64,000 nucleotides of DNA from the human T2T-CHM13v2.0 reference genome, Homo sapiens: the NCBI RefSeq assembly GCF_009914755.1, contig NC_060936.1. One strand, 5' to 3'. The notes under the pieces are model-generated. The model did not search any database. It was not told the origin of the DNA and was given only the letters and a program-made list of their open reading frames with translations. This document shows, in pieces, positions 1 through 12,400 of the stretch (positions are counted from its first letter, which is position 1; every line of letters begins with the position of its first letter). Position numbers and translations under genes: made by a program.

Positions 1-88
1 CCTAAAGGAAGGTTCAACTCTGTGAGTTGAATACACACACCACAAATAAGTTACTGAGAATTCTTCTGTCGAACATTACTTGAAGAAA

Positions 89-105
89 TCCCGTTTCCAA
101 CGAAG
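89..105 (-). promoter_or_regulatory. CENP-B box (first of ~189 box positions, one per ~340 bp dimer across the window)
   Basis: tcccgtttccaacgaag is the reverse complement of CTTCGTTGGAAACGGGA and matches the core NTTCGNNNNANNCGGGN. It recurs at 428, 768, 1108, 1448 ... 63937. Confidence 0.96.
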
Positions 106-1447
106 GCCTCAAAGAGGTCCAAATATCCACTTGCAGACATTACAAACAGAGTGTTTCCAAACTGCTCCATCAAAAGAAAGGTTAAACTCTGTGAGCTGAA
201 CACACACATCAAAAAGAAGTTTCTGTGAATGATTCTGTCTAGATTTTATAAGAAGATGTTTCCTTTTCTACCGTAGGCCTCAAAGCGCTTGAAATCTCCA
301 GCTGCAAATTCCACAAAAAGGGTGTTTAACATCTGCTCTTCTAAAGGAAAGTTCAACTCTATGAGTTGAATACACACAGCACAAAGAAGTTACTGAGACT
401 TCTCCTATCAAACATTATATGAAGAAATCCCGTTTCCAACGAAGGCCTCAAAGAGGTCCAAATATCTGCTTGCAGACTTTACAGACAGAGTGTTTCCAAA
501 CTGCTCCATCAAAAGAAAGGTTAAACTCCTTGAGTTGAACACACACATCACAAAGTAGTTTCTGTGAATGATTCTGTCTAGTTTTTATACGAAGATGTTT
601 CCTTTTCTACCTTTGGTCTCAAAGCGATTGAAATCTCCACATGGAAACTCCACAAAAAGAGTGTTTCAAATCTGCTCTTTCTGAAGGAAGGTTCAACTCT
701 GTGAGTTGAATACACACACCACAAATAAGTTACTGAGAATTCTTCTGTGTAACATTATATGAGGAAATCCCGTTTCCAACGAAGGCCTCAAAGAGGTCCA
801 AATATCCACTTGCAGACTTTACAAAGACAGTGTCTCCAAACTCCTCCATCAAAAGAAAGGTTATACTCTGTGAATTGAACGCACACATCACAAAGTAGTT
901 TCTGAGAATGATTCTGTCTAGTTTTTATACGAAGATATTTCCTTTTCTACATTTGGCCTAAAAGTGCTTGAAATCTCCACCTGCAAATATCACAAAAAGA
1001 GGGTTTCACATCTGCTCTGTCTAAAGGACAGTTCACCTCTGTGAGTTGAATAGAGGCAACACAAAGAACTTACCCAGTATTCTTCTTTCTAGCGTTCTCT
1101 GAAGAAATCCCGTTTCCAACGAAGGCCTCAAAGAGTTCCAAATATCTGCTTGCAGACTTTACAGACAGAGTGTTTCCAAACTACTCTATGAAAAGAAAGC
1201 TTAAACTCCTTGAGTTGAACGCACACATCACAAAGTAGTTTCTGAGAATGATTCTGTCTAGTTTTTATACGAAGATGTTTCCTTTTCTACATTTGGTCTC
1301 AAAGCGATTGAAATCTCCAACTGGAAACTGCACAAATAGGCTGTTTCAAATCTGCTCTGTCTAAAGGAAGGTTCAACTCTGTGAGTTGAATACACACACC
1401 ACAAATAAGTTACTGAGAATTCTTCTGTCGAACATTACAGGAAGAAA
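89..1447 (-). repeat. Representative 8-mer HOR unit (dimers A-B-C-D), 1359 bp variant
   Basis: Boxes at 89 (A: followed by gacattacaaacag, ccgtaggcc, cagctg), 428 (B: ctttggtctc, catggaaactcc), 768 (C: aaagacagtgtctcc, tagaggcaac) and 1108 (D: actactctatgaaaagaaagctt). The next A is at 1448. Confidence 0.92.
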
Positions 1448-3485
1448 TCCCGTTTCCAACGAAGGCCTCAAAGAGGTCCAAATATCCACTTGCAGACATT
1501 ACAAACAGTGTGTTTCCCACCTGCTCCATCAAAAGAAAGGTTAAACTCTGTGAGCTGAACACACACATCAAAAAGAAGTTTCTGTGAATGATTCTGTCTA
1601 GATTTTATAAGAAGATGTTTCCTTTTCTACCGTAGGCCTCAAAGCGCTTGAAATCTCCAGCTGCAAATTCCACAAAAAGGGTGTTTAACATCTGCTCTTC
1701 TAAAGGAAAGTTCAACTCTATGAGTTGAATACACACAGCACAAAGAAGTTACTGAGACTTCTCCTATCAAACATTATATGAAGAAATCCCGTTTCCAACG
1801 AAGGCCTCAAAGAGGTCCAAATATCTGCTTGCAGACTTTACAGACAGAGTGTTTCCAAACTGCTCCATCAAAAGAAAGGTTAAACTCCTTGAGTTGAACA
1901 CACACATCACAAAGTAGTTTCTGTGAATGATTCTGTCTAGTTTTTATACGAAGATGTTTCCTTTTCAACCTTTGGTCTCAAAGCGATTGAAATCTCCACA
2001 TGGAAACTCCACAAAAAGAGTGTTTCAAATCTGCTCTTTCTGAAGGAAGGTTCAACTCTGTGAGTTGAATACACACACCACAAATAAGTTACTGAGAATT
2101 CTTCTGTGTAACATTATATGAGGAAATCCCGTTTCCAACGAAGGCCTTAAAGAGGTCCAAATATCCACTTGCAGACTTTACAAAGACAGTGTCTCCAAAC
2201 TCCTCCATCAAAAGAAAGGTTATACTCTGTGAATTGAACGCACACATCACAAAGTAGTTTCTGAGAATGATTCTGTCTAGTTTTTATACGAAGATATTTC
2301 CTTTTCTACATTTGGCCTAAAAGCGCTTGAAATCTCCACCTGCAAATATCACAAAAAGAGGGTTTCACATCTGCTCTGTCTAAAGGACAGTTCACCTCTG
2401 TGAGTTGAATAGAGGCAACACAAAGAACTTACTCAGTATTCTTCTTTCTAGCATTCTATGAAGAAATCCCGTTTCCAACGAAGGCCCCTAAGAGGTCCAA
2501 ATATCTGCTTGCAGACTTTACAGACAGAGTTTTTCCAAACTGCTCCATCAAAAGAAAGGTTAAACTCCTTGAGTTGAACACACACATCACAAAGTAGTTT
2601 CTGTGAATGATTCTGTCTAGTTTTTATAAGAAGATGTTTCCTTTTCTACCTTTGGTCTCAAAGCGATTGAAATCTCCACATGGAAACTCCTCAAAAAGAG
2701 TGTTTCAAATCTGCTCTTTCTGAAGGAAGGTTCAACTCTGTGAGTTGAATACACACACCACAAATAAGTTACTGAGAATTCTTCTGTGTAACATTATATG
2801 AGGAAATCCCGTTTCCAACGAAGGCCTCAAAGAGGTCCAAATATCCACTTGCAGACTTTACAAAGACAGTGTCTCCAAACTCCTCCATCAAAAGAAAGGT
2901 TATACTCTGTGAATTGAACGCACACATCACAAAGTAGTTTCTGAGAATGATTCTGTCTAGTTTTTATACGAAGATATTTCCTTTTCTACATTTGGCCTAA
3001 AAGCGCTTGAAATCTCCACCTGCAAATATCACAAAAAGAGGGTTTCACATCTGCTCTGTCTAAAGGACAGTTCACCTCTGTGAGTTGAATAGAGGCAACA
3101 CAAAGAACTTACTCAGTATTCTTCTTTCTAGCGTTCTATGAAGAAATCCCGTTTCCAACGAAGGCCTCAAAGAGGTCAAATATCTGCTTGCAGACTTTAC
3201 AGACAGAGTGTTTCCAAACTACTCTATGAAAAGAAAGCTTAAACTCCTTGAGTTGAACGCACACATCACAAAGTAGTTTCTGAGAATGATTCTGTCTAGT
3301 TTTTATACGAAGATGTTTCCTTTTCTACATTTGGTCTCAAAGCGATTGAAATCTCCAACTGGAAACTGCACAAATAGGCTGTTTCAAATCTGCTCTGTCT
3401 AAAGGAAGGTTCAGCTCTGTGAGTTGAATACACACACCACAAATAAGTTACTGAGAATTCTTCTGTCGAACATTACAGGAAGAAA
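1448..3485 (-). repeat. Representative 12-mer HOR variant (A-B-C-B'-C-D), 2038 bp
   Basis: The box at 2467 has a D-type left flank (ctagcattctatg) but B-type right flank (ctgctccatc...catggaaactcc), followed by a second C and then D. The same haplotype starts at 6203, 14353, 16392, 21147, 25902, 48315, 50354 and 55109. Confidence 0.9.
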
Positions 3486-6400
3486 TCCCGTTTCCAACGA
3501 AGGCCTCAAAGAGGTCCAAATATCCACTTGCAGACATTACAAACAGTGTGTTTCCCAACTGCTCCATCAAAAGAAAGGTTAAACTCTGTGAGCTGAACAC
3601 ACACATCAAAAAGAAGTTTCTGTGAATGATTCTGTCTAGATTTTATAAGAAGATGTTTCCTTTTCTACCGTAGGCCTCAAAGCGCTTGAAATCTCCAGCT
3701 GCAAATTCCACAAAAAGGGTGTTTAACATCTGCTCTTCTAAAGGAAAGTTCAACTCTATGAGTTGAATACACACAGCACAAAGAAGTTACTGAGACTTCT
3801 CCTATCAAACATTATATGAAGAAATCCCGTTTCCAACGAAGGCCTCAAAGAGGTCCAAATATCTGCTTGCAGACTTTACAGACAGAGTGTTTCCAAACTG
3901 CTCCATCAAAAGAAAGGTTAAACTCCTTGAGTTGAACACACACATCACAAAGTAGTTTCTGTGAATGATTCTGTCTAGTTTTTATACGAAGATGTTTCCT
4001 TTTCTACCTTTGGTCTCAAAGCGATTGAAATCTCCACATGGAAACTCCACAAAAAGAGTGTTTCAAATCTGCTCTTTCTGAAGGAAGGTTCAACTCTGTG
4101 AGTTGAATACACACACCACAAATAAGTTACTGAGAATTCTTCTGTGTAACATTATATGAGGAAATCCCGTTTCCAACGAAGGCCTCAAAGAGGTCCAAAT
4201 ATCCACTTGCAGACTTTACAAAGACAGTGTCTCCAAACTCCTCCATCAAAAGAAAGGTTATACTCTGTGAATTGAACGCACACATCACAAAGTAGTTTCT
4301 GAGAATGATTCTGTCTAGTTTTTATACGAAGATATTTCCTTTTCTACATTTGGCCTAAAAGCGCTTGAAATCTCCACCTGCAAATATCACAAAAAGAGGG
4401 TTTCACATCTGCTCTGTCTAAAGGACAGTTCACCTCTGTGAGTTGAATAGAGGCAACACAAAGAACTTACTCAGTATTCTTCTTTCTAGCGTTCTATGAA
4501 GAAATCCCGTTTCCAACGAAGGCCTCAAAGAGGTCAAATATCTGCTTGCAGACTTTACAGACAGAGTGTTTCCAAACTACTCTATGAAAAGAAAGCTTAA
4601 ACTCCTTGAGTTGAACGCACACATCACAAAGTAGTTTCTGAGAATGATTCTGTCTAGTTTTTATACGAAGATGTTTCCTTTTCTACATTTGGTCTCAAAG
4701 CGATTGAAATCTCCAACTGGAAACTGCACAAATAGGGTGTTTCAAATCTGCTCTGCCTAAAGGAAGGTTCAACTCTGTGAGTTGAATACACACACCACAA
4801 ATAAGTTACTGAGAATTCTTCTGTCGAACATTACTTGAAGAAATCCCGTTTCCAACGAAGGCCTCAAAGAGGTCCAAATATCCACTTGCAGACATTACAA
4901 ACAGAGTGTTTCCAAACTGCTCCATCAAAAGAAAGGTTAAACTCTGTGAGCTGAACACACACATCAAAAAGAAGTTTCTGTGAATGATTCTGTCTAGATT
5001 TTATAAGAAGATGTTTCCTTTTCTACCGTAGGCCTCAAAGCGCTTGAAATCTCCAGCTGCAAATTCCACAAAAAGGGTGTTTAACATCTGCTCTTCTAAA
5101 GGAAAGTTCAACTCTATGAGTTGAATACACACAGCACAAAGAAGTTACTGAGACTTCTCCTATCAAACATTATATGAAGAAATCCCGTTTCCAACGAAGG
5201 CCTCAAAGAGGTCCAAATATCTGCTTGCAGACTTTACAGACAGAGTGTTTCCAAACTGCTCCATCAAAAGAAAGGTTAAACTCCTTGAGTTGAACACACA
5301 CATCACAAAGTAGTTTCTGTGAATGATTCTGTCTAGTTTTTATACGAAGATGTTTCCTTTTCTACCTTTGGTCTCAAAGCGATTGAAATCTCCACATGGA
5401 AACTCCACAAAAAGAGTGTTTCAAATCTGCTCTTTCTGAAGGAAGGTTCAACTCTGTGAGTTGAATACACACACCACAAATAAGTTACTGAGAATTCTTC
5501 TGTGTAACATTATATGAGGAAATCCCGTTTCCAACGAAGGCCTCAAAGAGGTCCAAATATCCACTTGCAGACTTTACAAAGACAGTGTCTCCAAACTCCT
5601 CCATCAAAAGAAAGGTTATACTCTGTGAATTGAACGCACACATCACAAAGTAGTTTCTGAGAATGATTCTGTCTAGTTTTTATACGAAGATATTTCCTTT
5701 TCTACATTTGGCCTAAAAGCGCTTGAAATCTCCACCTGCAAATATCACAAAAAGAGGGTTTCACATCTGCTCTGTCTAAAGGACAGTTCACCTCTGTGAG
5801 TTGAATAGAGGCAACACAAAGAACTTACCCAGTATTCTTCTTTCTAGCGTTCTCTGAAGAAATCCCGTTTCCAACGAAGGCCTCAAAGAGTTCCAAATAT
5901 CTGCTTGCAGACTTTACAGACAGAGTGTTTCCAAACTACTCTATGAAAAGAAAGCTTAAACTCCTTGAGTTGAACGCACACATCACAAAGTAGTTTCTGA
6001 GAATGATTCTGTCTAGTTTTTATACGAAGATGTTTCCTTTTCTACATTTGGTCTCAAAGCGATTGAAATCTCCAACTGGAAACTGCACAAATAGGCTGTT
6101 TCAAATCTGCTCTGTCTAAAGGAAGGTTCAACTCTGTGAGTTGAATACACACACCACAAATAAGTTACTGAGAATTCTTCTGTCGAACATTACAGGAAGA
6201 AATCCCGTTTCCAACGAAGGCCTCAAAGAGGTCCAAATATCCACTTGCAGACATTACAAACAGTGTGTTTCCCACCTGCTCCATCAAAAGAAAGGTTAAA
6301 CTCTGTGAGCTGAACACACACATCAAAAAGAAGTTTCTGTGAATGATTCTGTCTAGATTTTATAAGAAGATGTTTCCTTTTCTACCGTAGGCCTCAAAGC

Positions 6401-9400
6401 GCTTGAAATCTCCAGCTGCAAATTCCACAAAAAGGGTGTTTAACATCTGCTCTTCTAAAGGAAAGTTCAACTCTATGAGTTGAATACACACAGCACAAAG
6501 AAGTTACTGAGACTTCTCCTATCAAACATTATATGAAGAAATCCCGTTTCCAACGAAGGCCTCAAAGAGGTCCAAATATCTGCTTGCAGACTTTACAGAC
6601 AGAGTGTTTCCAAACTGCTCCATCAAAAGAAAGGTTAAACTCCTTGAGTTGAACACACACATCACAAAGTAGTTTCTGTGAATGATTCTGTCTAGTTTTT
6701 ATACGAAGATGTTTCCTTTTCAACCTTTGGTCTCAAAGCGATTGAAATCTCCACATGGAAACTCCACAAAAAGAGTGTTTCAAATCTGCTCTTTCTGAAG
6801 GAAGGTTCAACTCTGTGAGTTGAATACACACACCACAAATAAGTTACTGAGAATTCTTCTGTGTAACATTATATGAGGAAATCCCGTTTCCAACGAAGGC
6901 CTTAAAGAGGTCCAAATATCCACTTGCAGACTTTACAAAGACAGTGTCTCCAAACTCCTCCATCAAAAGAAAGGTTATACTCTGTGAATTGAACGCACAC
7001 ATCACAAAGTAGTTTCTGAGAATGATTCTGTCTAGTTTTTATACGAAGATATTTCCTTTTCTACATTTGGCCTAAAAGCGCTTGAAATCTCCACCTGCAA
7101 ATATCACAAAAAGAGGGTTTCACATCTGCTCTGTCTAAAGGACAGTTCACCTCTGTGAGTTGAATAGAGGCAACACAAAGAACTTACTCAGTATTCTTCT
7201 TTCTAGCATTCTATGAAGAAATCCCGTTTCCAACGAAGGCCCCTAAGAGGTCCAAATATCTGCTTGCAGACTTTACAGACAGAGTTTTTCCAAACTGCTC
7301 CATCAAAAGAAAGGTTAAACTCCTTGAGTTGAACACACACATCACAAAGTAGTTTCTGTGAATGATTCTGTCTAGTTTTTATAAGAAGATGTTTCCTTTT
7401 CTACCTTTGGTCTCAAAGCGATTGAAATCTCCACATGGAAACTCCTCAAAAAGAGTGTTTCAAATCTGCTCTTTCTGAAGGAAGGTTCAACTCTGTGAGT
7501 TGAATACACACACCACAAATAAGTTACTGAGAATTCTTCTGTGTAACATTATATGAGGAAATCCCGTTTCCAACGAAGGCCTCAAAGAGGTCCAAATATC
7601 CACTTGCAGACTTTACAAAGACAGTGTCTCCAAACTCCTCCATCAAAAGAAAGGTTATACTCTGTGAATTGAACGCACACATCACAAAGTAGTTTCTGAG
7701 AATGATTCTGTCTAGTTTTTATACGAAGATATTTCCTTTTCTACATTTGGCCTAAAAGCGCTTGAAATCTCCACCTGCAAATATCACAAAAAGAGGGTTT
7801 CACATCTGCTCTGTCTAAAGGACAGTTCACCTCTGTGAGTTGAATAGAGGCAACACAAAGAACTTACTCAGTATTCTTCTTTCTAGCGTTCTATGAAGAA
7901 ATCCCGTTTCCAACGAAGGCCTCAAAGAGGTCAAATATCTGCTTGCAGACTTTACAGACAGAGTGTTTCCAAACTACTCTATGAAAAGAAAGCTTAAACT
8001 CCTTGAGTTGAACGCACACATCACAAAGTAGTTTCTGAGAATGATTCTGTCTAGTTTTTATACGAAGATGTTTCCTTTTCTACATTTGGTCTCAAAGCGA
8101 TTGAAATCTCCAACTGGAAACTGCACAAATAGGCTGTTTCAAATCTGCTCTGTCTAAAGGAAGGTTCAGCTCTGTGAGTTGAATACACACACCACAAATA
8201 AGTTACTGAGAATTCTTCTGTCGAACATTACAGGAAGAAATCCCGTTTCCAACGAAGGCCTCAAAGAGGTCCAAATATCCACTTGCAGACATTACAAACA
8301 GTGTGTTTCCCAACTGCTCCATCAAAAGAAAGGTTAAACTCTGTGAGCTGAACACACACATCAAAAAGAAGTTTCTGTGAATGATTCTGTCTAGATTTTA
8401 TAAGAAGATGTTTCCTTTTCTACCGTAGGCCTCAAAGCGCTTGAAATCTCCAGCTGCAAATTCCACAAAAAGGGTGTTTAACATCTGCTCTTCTAAAGGA
8501 AAGTTCAACTCTATGAGTTGAATACACACAGCACAAAGAAGTTACTGAGACTTCTCCTATCAAACATTATATGAAGAAATCCCGTTTCCAACGAAGGCCT
8601 CAAAGAGGTCCAAATATCTGCTTGCAGACTTTACAGACAGAGTGTTTCCAAACTGCTCCATCAAAAGAAAGGTTAAACTCCTTGAGTTGAACACACACAT
8701 CACAAAGTAGTTTCTGTGAATGATTCTGTCTAGTTTTTATACGAAGATGTTTCCTTTTCTACCTTTGGTCTCAAAGCGATTGAAATCTCCACATGGAAAC
8801 TCCACAAAAAGAGTGTTTCAAATCTGCTCTTTCTGAAGGAAGGTTCAACTCTGTGAGTTGAATACACACACCACAAATAAGTTACTGAGAATTCTTCTGT
8901 GTAACATTATATGAGGAAATCCCGTTTCCAACGAAGGCCTCAAAGAGGTCCAAATATCCACTTGCAGACTTTACAAAGACAGTGTCTCCAAACTCCTCCA
9001 TCAAAAGAAAGGTTATACTCTGTGAATTGAACGCACACATCACAAAGTAGTTTCTGAGAATGATTCTGTCTAGTTTTTATACGAAGATATTTCCTTTTCT
9101 ACATTTGGCCTAAAAGCGCTTGAAATCTCCACCTGCAAATATCACAAAAAGAGGGTTTCACATCTGCTCTGTCTAAAGGACAGTTCACCTCTGTGAGTTG
9201 AATAGAGGCAACACAAAGAACTTACTCAGTATTCTTCTTTCTAGCGTTCTATGAAGAAATCCCGTTTCCAACGAAGGCCTCAAAGAGGTCAAATATCTGC
9301 TTGCAGACTTTACAGACAGAGTGTTTCCAAACTACTCTATGAAAAGAAAGCTTAAACTCCTTGAGTTGAACGCACACATCACAAAGTAGTTTCTGAGAAT

Positions 9401-12400
9401 GATTGTGTCTAGTTTTTATACGAAGATGTTTCCTTTTCTACATTTGGTCTCAAAGCGATTGAAATCTCCAACTGGAAACTGCACAAATAGGGTGTTTCAA
9501 ATCTGCTCTGCCTAAAGGAAGGTTCAACTCTGTGAGTTGAATACACACACCACAAATAAGTTACTGAGAATTCTTCTGTCGAACATTACTTGAAGAAATC
9601 CCGTTTCCAACGAAGGCCTCAAAGAGGTCCAAATATCCACTTGCAGACATTACAAACAGAGTGTTTCCAAACTGCTCCATCAAAAGAAAGGTTAAACTCT
9701 GTGAGCTGAACACACACATCAAAAAGAAGTTTCTGTGAATGATTCTGTCTAGATTTTATAAGAAGATGTTTCCTTTTCTACCGTAGGCCTCAAAGCGCTT
9801 GAAATCTCCAGCTGCAAATTCCACAAAAAGGGTGTTTAACATCTGCTCTTCTAAAGGAAAGTTCAACTCTATGAGTTGAATACACACAGCACAAAGAAGT
9901 TACTGAGACTTCTCCTATCAAACATTATATGAAGAAATCCCGTTTCCAACGAAGGCCTCAAAGAGGTCCAAATATCTGCTTGCAGACTTTACAGACAGAG
10001 TGTTTCCAAACTGCTCCATCAAAAGAAAGGTTAAACTCCTTGAGTTGAACACACACATCACAAAGTAGTTTCTGTGAATGATTCTGTCTAGTTTTTATAC
10101 GAAGATGTTTCCTTTTCTACCTTTGGTCTCAAAGCGATTGAAATCTCCACATGGAAACTCCACAAAAAGAGTGTTTCAAATCTGCTCTTTCTGAAGGAAG
10201 GTTCAACTCTGTGAGTTGAATACACACACCACAAATAAGTTACTGAGAATTCTTCTGTGTAACATTATATGAGGAAATCCCGTTTCCAACGAAGGCCTCA
10301 AAGAGGTCCAAATATCCACTTGCAGACTTTACAAAGACAGTGTCTCCAAACTCCTCCATCAAAAGAAAGGTTATACTCTGTGAATTGAACGCACACATCA
10401 CAAAGTAGTTTCTGAGAATGATTCTGTCTAGTTTTTATACGAAGATATTTCCTTTTCTACATTTGGCCTAAAAGCGCTTGAAATCTCCACCTGCAAATAT
10501 CACAAAAAGAGGGTTTCACATCTGCTCTGTCTAAAGGACAGTTCACCTCTGTGAGTTGAATAGAGGCAACACAAAGAACTTACTCAGTATTCTTCTTTCT
10601 AGCGTTCTATGAAGAAATCCCGTTTCCAACGAAGGCCTCAAAGAGGTCAAATATCTGCTTGCAGACTTTACAGACAGAGTGTTTCCAAACTACTCTATGA
10701 AAAGAAAGCTTAAACTCCTTGAGTTGAACGCACACATCACAAAGTAGTTTCTGAGAATGATTCTGTCTAGTTTTTATACGAAGATGTTTCCTTTTCTACA
10801 TTTGGTCTCAAAGCGATTGAAATCTCCAACTGGAAACTGCACAAATAGGCTGTTTCAAATCTGCTCTGTCTAAAGGAAGGTTCAGCTCTGTGTGTTGAAT
10901 ACACACACCACAAATAAGTTACTGAGAATTCTTCTGTCGAACATTACTTGAAGAAATCCCGTTTCCAACGAAGGCCTCAAAGAGGTCCAAATATCCACTT
11001 GCGGACACTACAAACAGTGTGTTTCCCAACTGCTCCATCAAAAGAAAGGTTAAACTCTGTGAGCTGAACACACACATCAAAAAGAAGTTTCTGTGAATGA
11101 TTCTGTCTAGATTTTATAAGAAGATGTTTCCTTTTCTACCGTAGGCCTCAAAGCGCTTGAAATCTCCAGCTGCAAATTCCACAAAAAGGGTGTTTAACAT
11201 CTGCTCTTCTAAAGGAAAGTTCAACTCTATGAGTTGAATACACACAGCACAAAGAAGTTACTGAGACTTCTCCTATCAAACATTATATGAAGAAATCCCG
11301 TTTCCAACGAAGGCCTCAAAGAGGTCCAAATGTCTGCTTGCAGACTTTACAGACAGAGTGTTTCCAAACTGCTCCATCAAAAGAAAGGTTAAACTCCTTG
11401 AGTTGAACACACACATCACAAAGTAGTTTCTGTGAATGATTCTGTCTAGTTTTTATACGAAGATGTTTCCTTTTCTACCTTTGGTCTCAAAGCGATTGAA
11501 ATCTCCACATGGAAACTCCACAAAAAGAGTGTTTCAAATCTGCTCTTTCTGAAGGAAGGTTCAACTCTGTGAGTTGAATACACACACCACAAATAAGTTA
11601 CTGAGAATTCTTCTGTGTAACATTATATGAGGAAATCCCGTTTCCAACGAAGGCCTCAAAGAGGTCCAAATATCCACTTGCAGACTTTACAAAGACAGTG
11701 TCTCCAAACTCCTCCATCAAAAGAAAGGTTATACTCTGTGAATTGAACGCACACATCACAAAGTAGTTTCTGAGAATGATTCTGTCTAGTTTTTATACGA
11801 AGATATTTCCTTTTCTACATTTGGCCTAAAAGCGCTTGAAATCTCCACCTGCAAATATCACAAAAAGAGGGTTTCACATCTGCTCTGTCTAAAGGACAGT
11901 TCACCTCTGTGAGTTGAATAGAGGCAACACAAAGAACTTACTCAGTATTCTTCTTTCTAGCGTTCTATGAAGAAATCCCGTTTCCAACGAAGGCCTCAAA
12001 GAGGTCAAATATCTGCTTGCAGACTTTACAGACAGAGTGTTTCCAAACTACTCTATGAAAAGAAAGCTTAAACTCCTTGAGTTGAACGCACACATCACAA
12101 AGTAGTTTCTGAGAATGATTCTGTCTAGTTTTTATACGAAGATGTTTCCTTTTCTACATTTGGTCTCAAAGCTCTTGAAATCTCCAACTGGAAACTGCAC
12201 AAATAGGCTGTTTCAAATCTGCTCTGTCTAAAGGAAGGTTCAACTCTGTGAGTTGAATACACACACCACAAATAAGTTACTGAGAATTCTTCTGTGGAAC
12301 ATTACTTGAAGAAATCCCGTTTCCAACGAAGGCCTCAAAGAGGTCCAAATATCCACTTGCAGACGTTACAAACAGAGTGTTTCCAAACTGCTCCATCAAA

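Larger units (their letters stand above)
89..9598. repeat. Two tandem copies of a 4755 bp (28-monomer: 8+12+8) super-repeat
   Basis: A-boxes at 89/4844/9599, 1448/6203 and 3486/8241 all differ by 4755 and carry the same diagnostic variants. The unit recurs at 19788-24542, 24543-29297 and 53750-58504. Confidence 0.88.

Noticed and set aside
31-45. Short (ac)n runs and small palindromes (aggcct, aagcgctt, gaattc)
   Set aside because: These are intrinsic parts of the alpha-satellite monomer and too short to support a separate feature.
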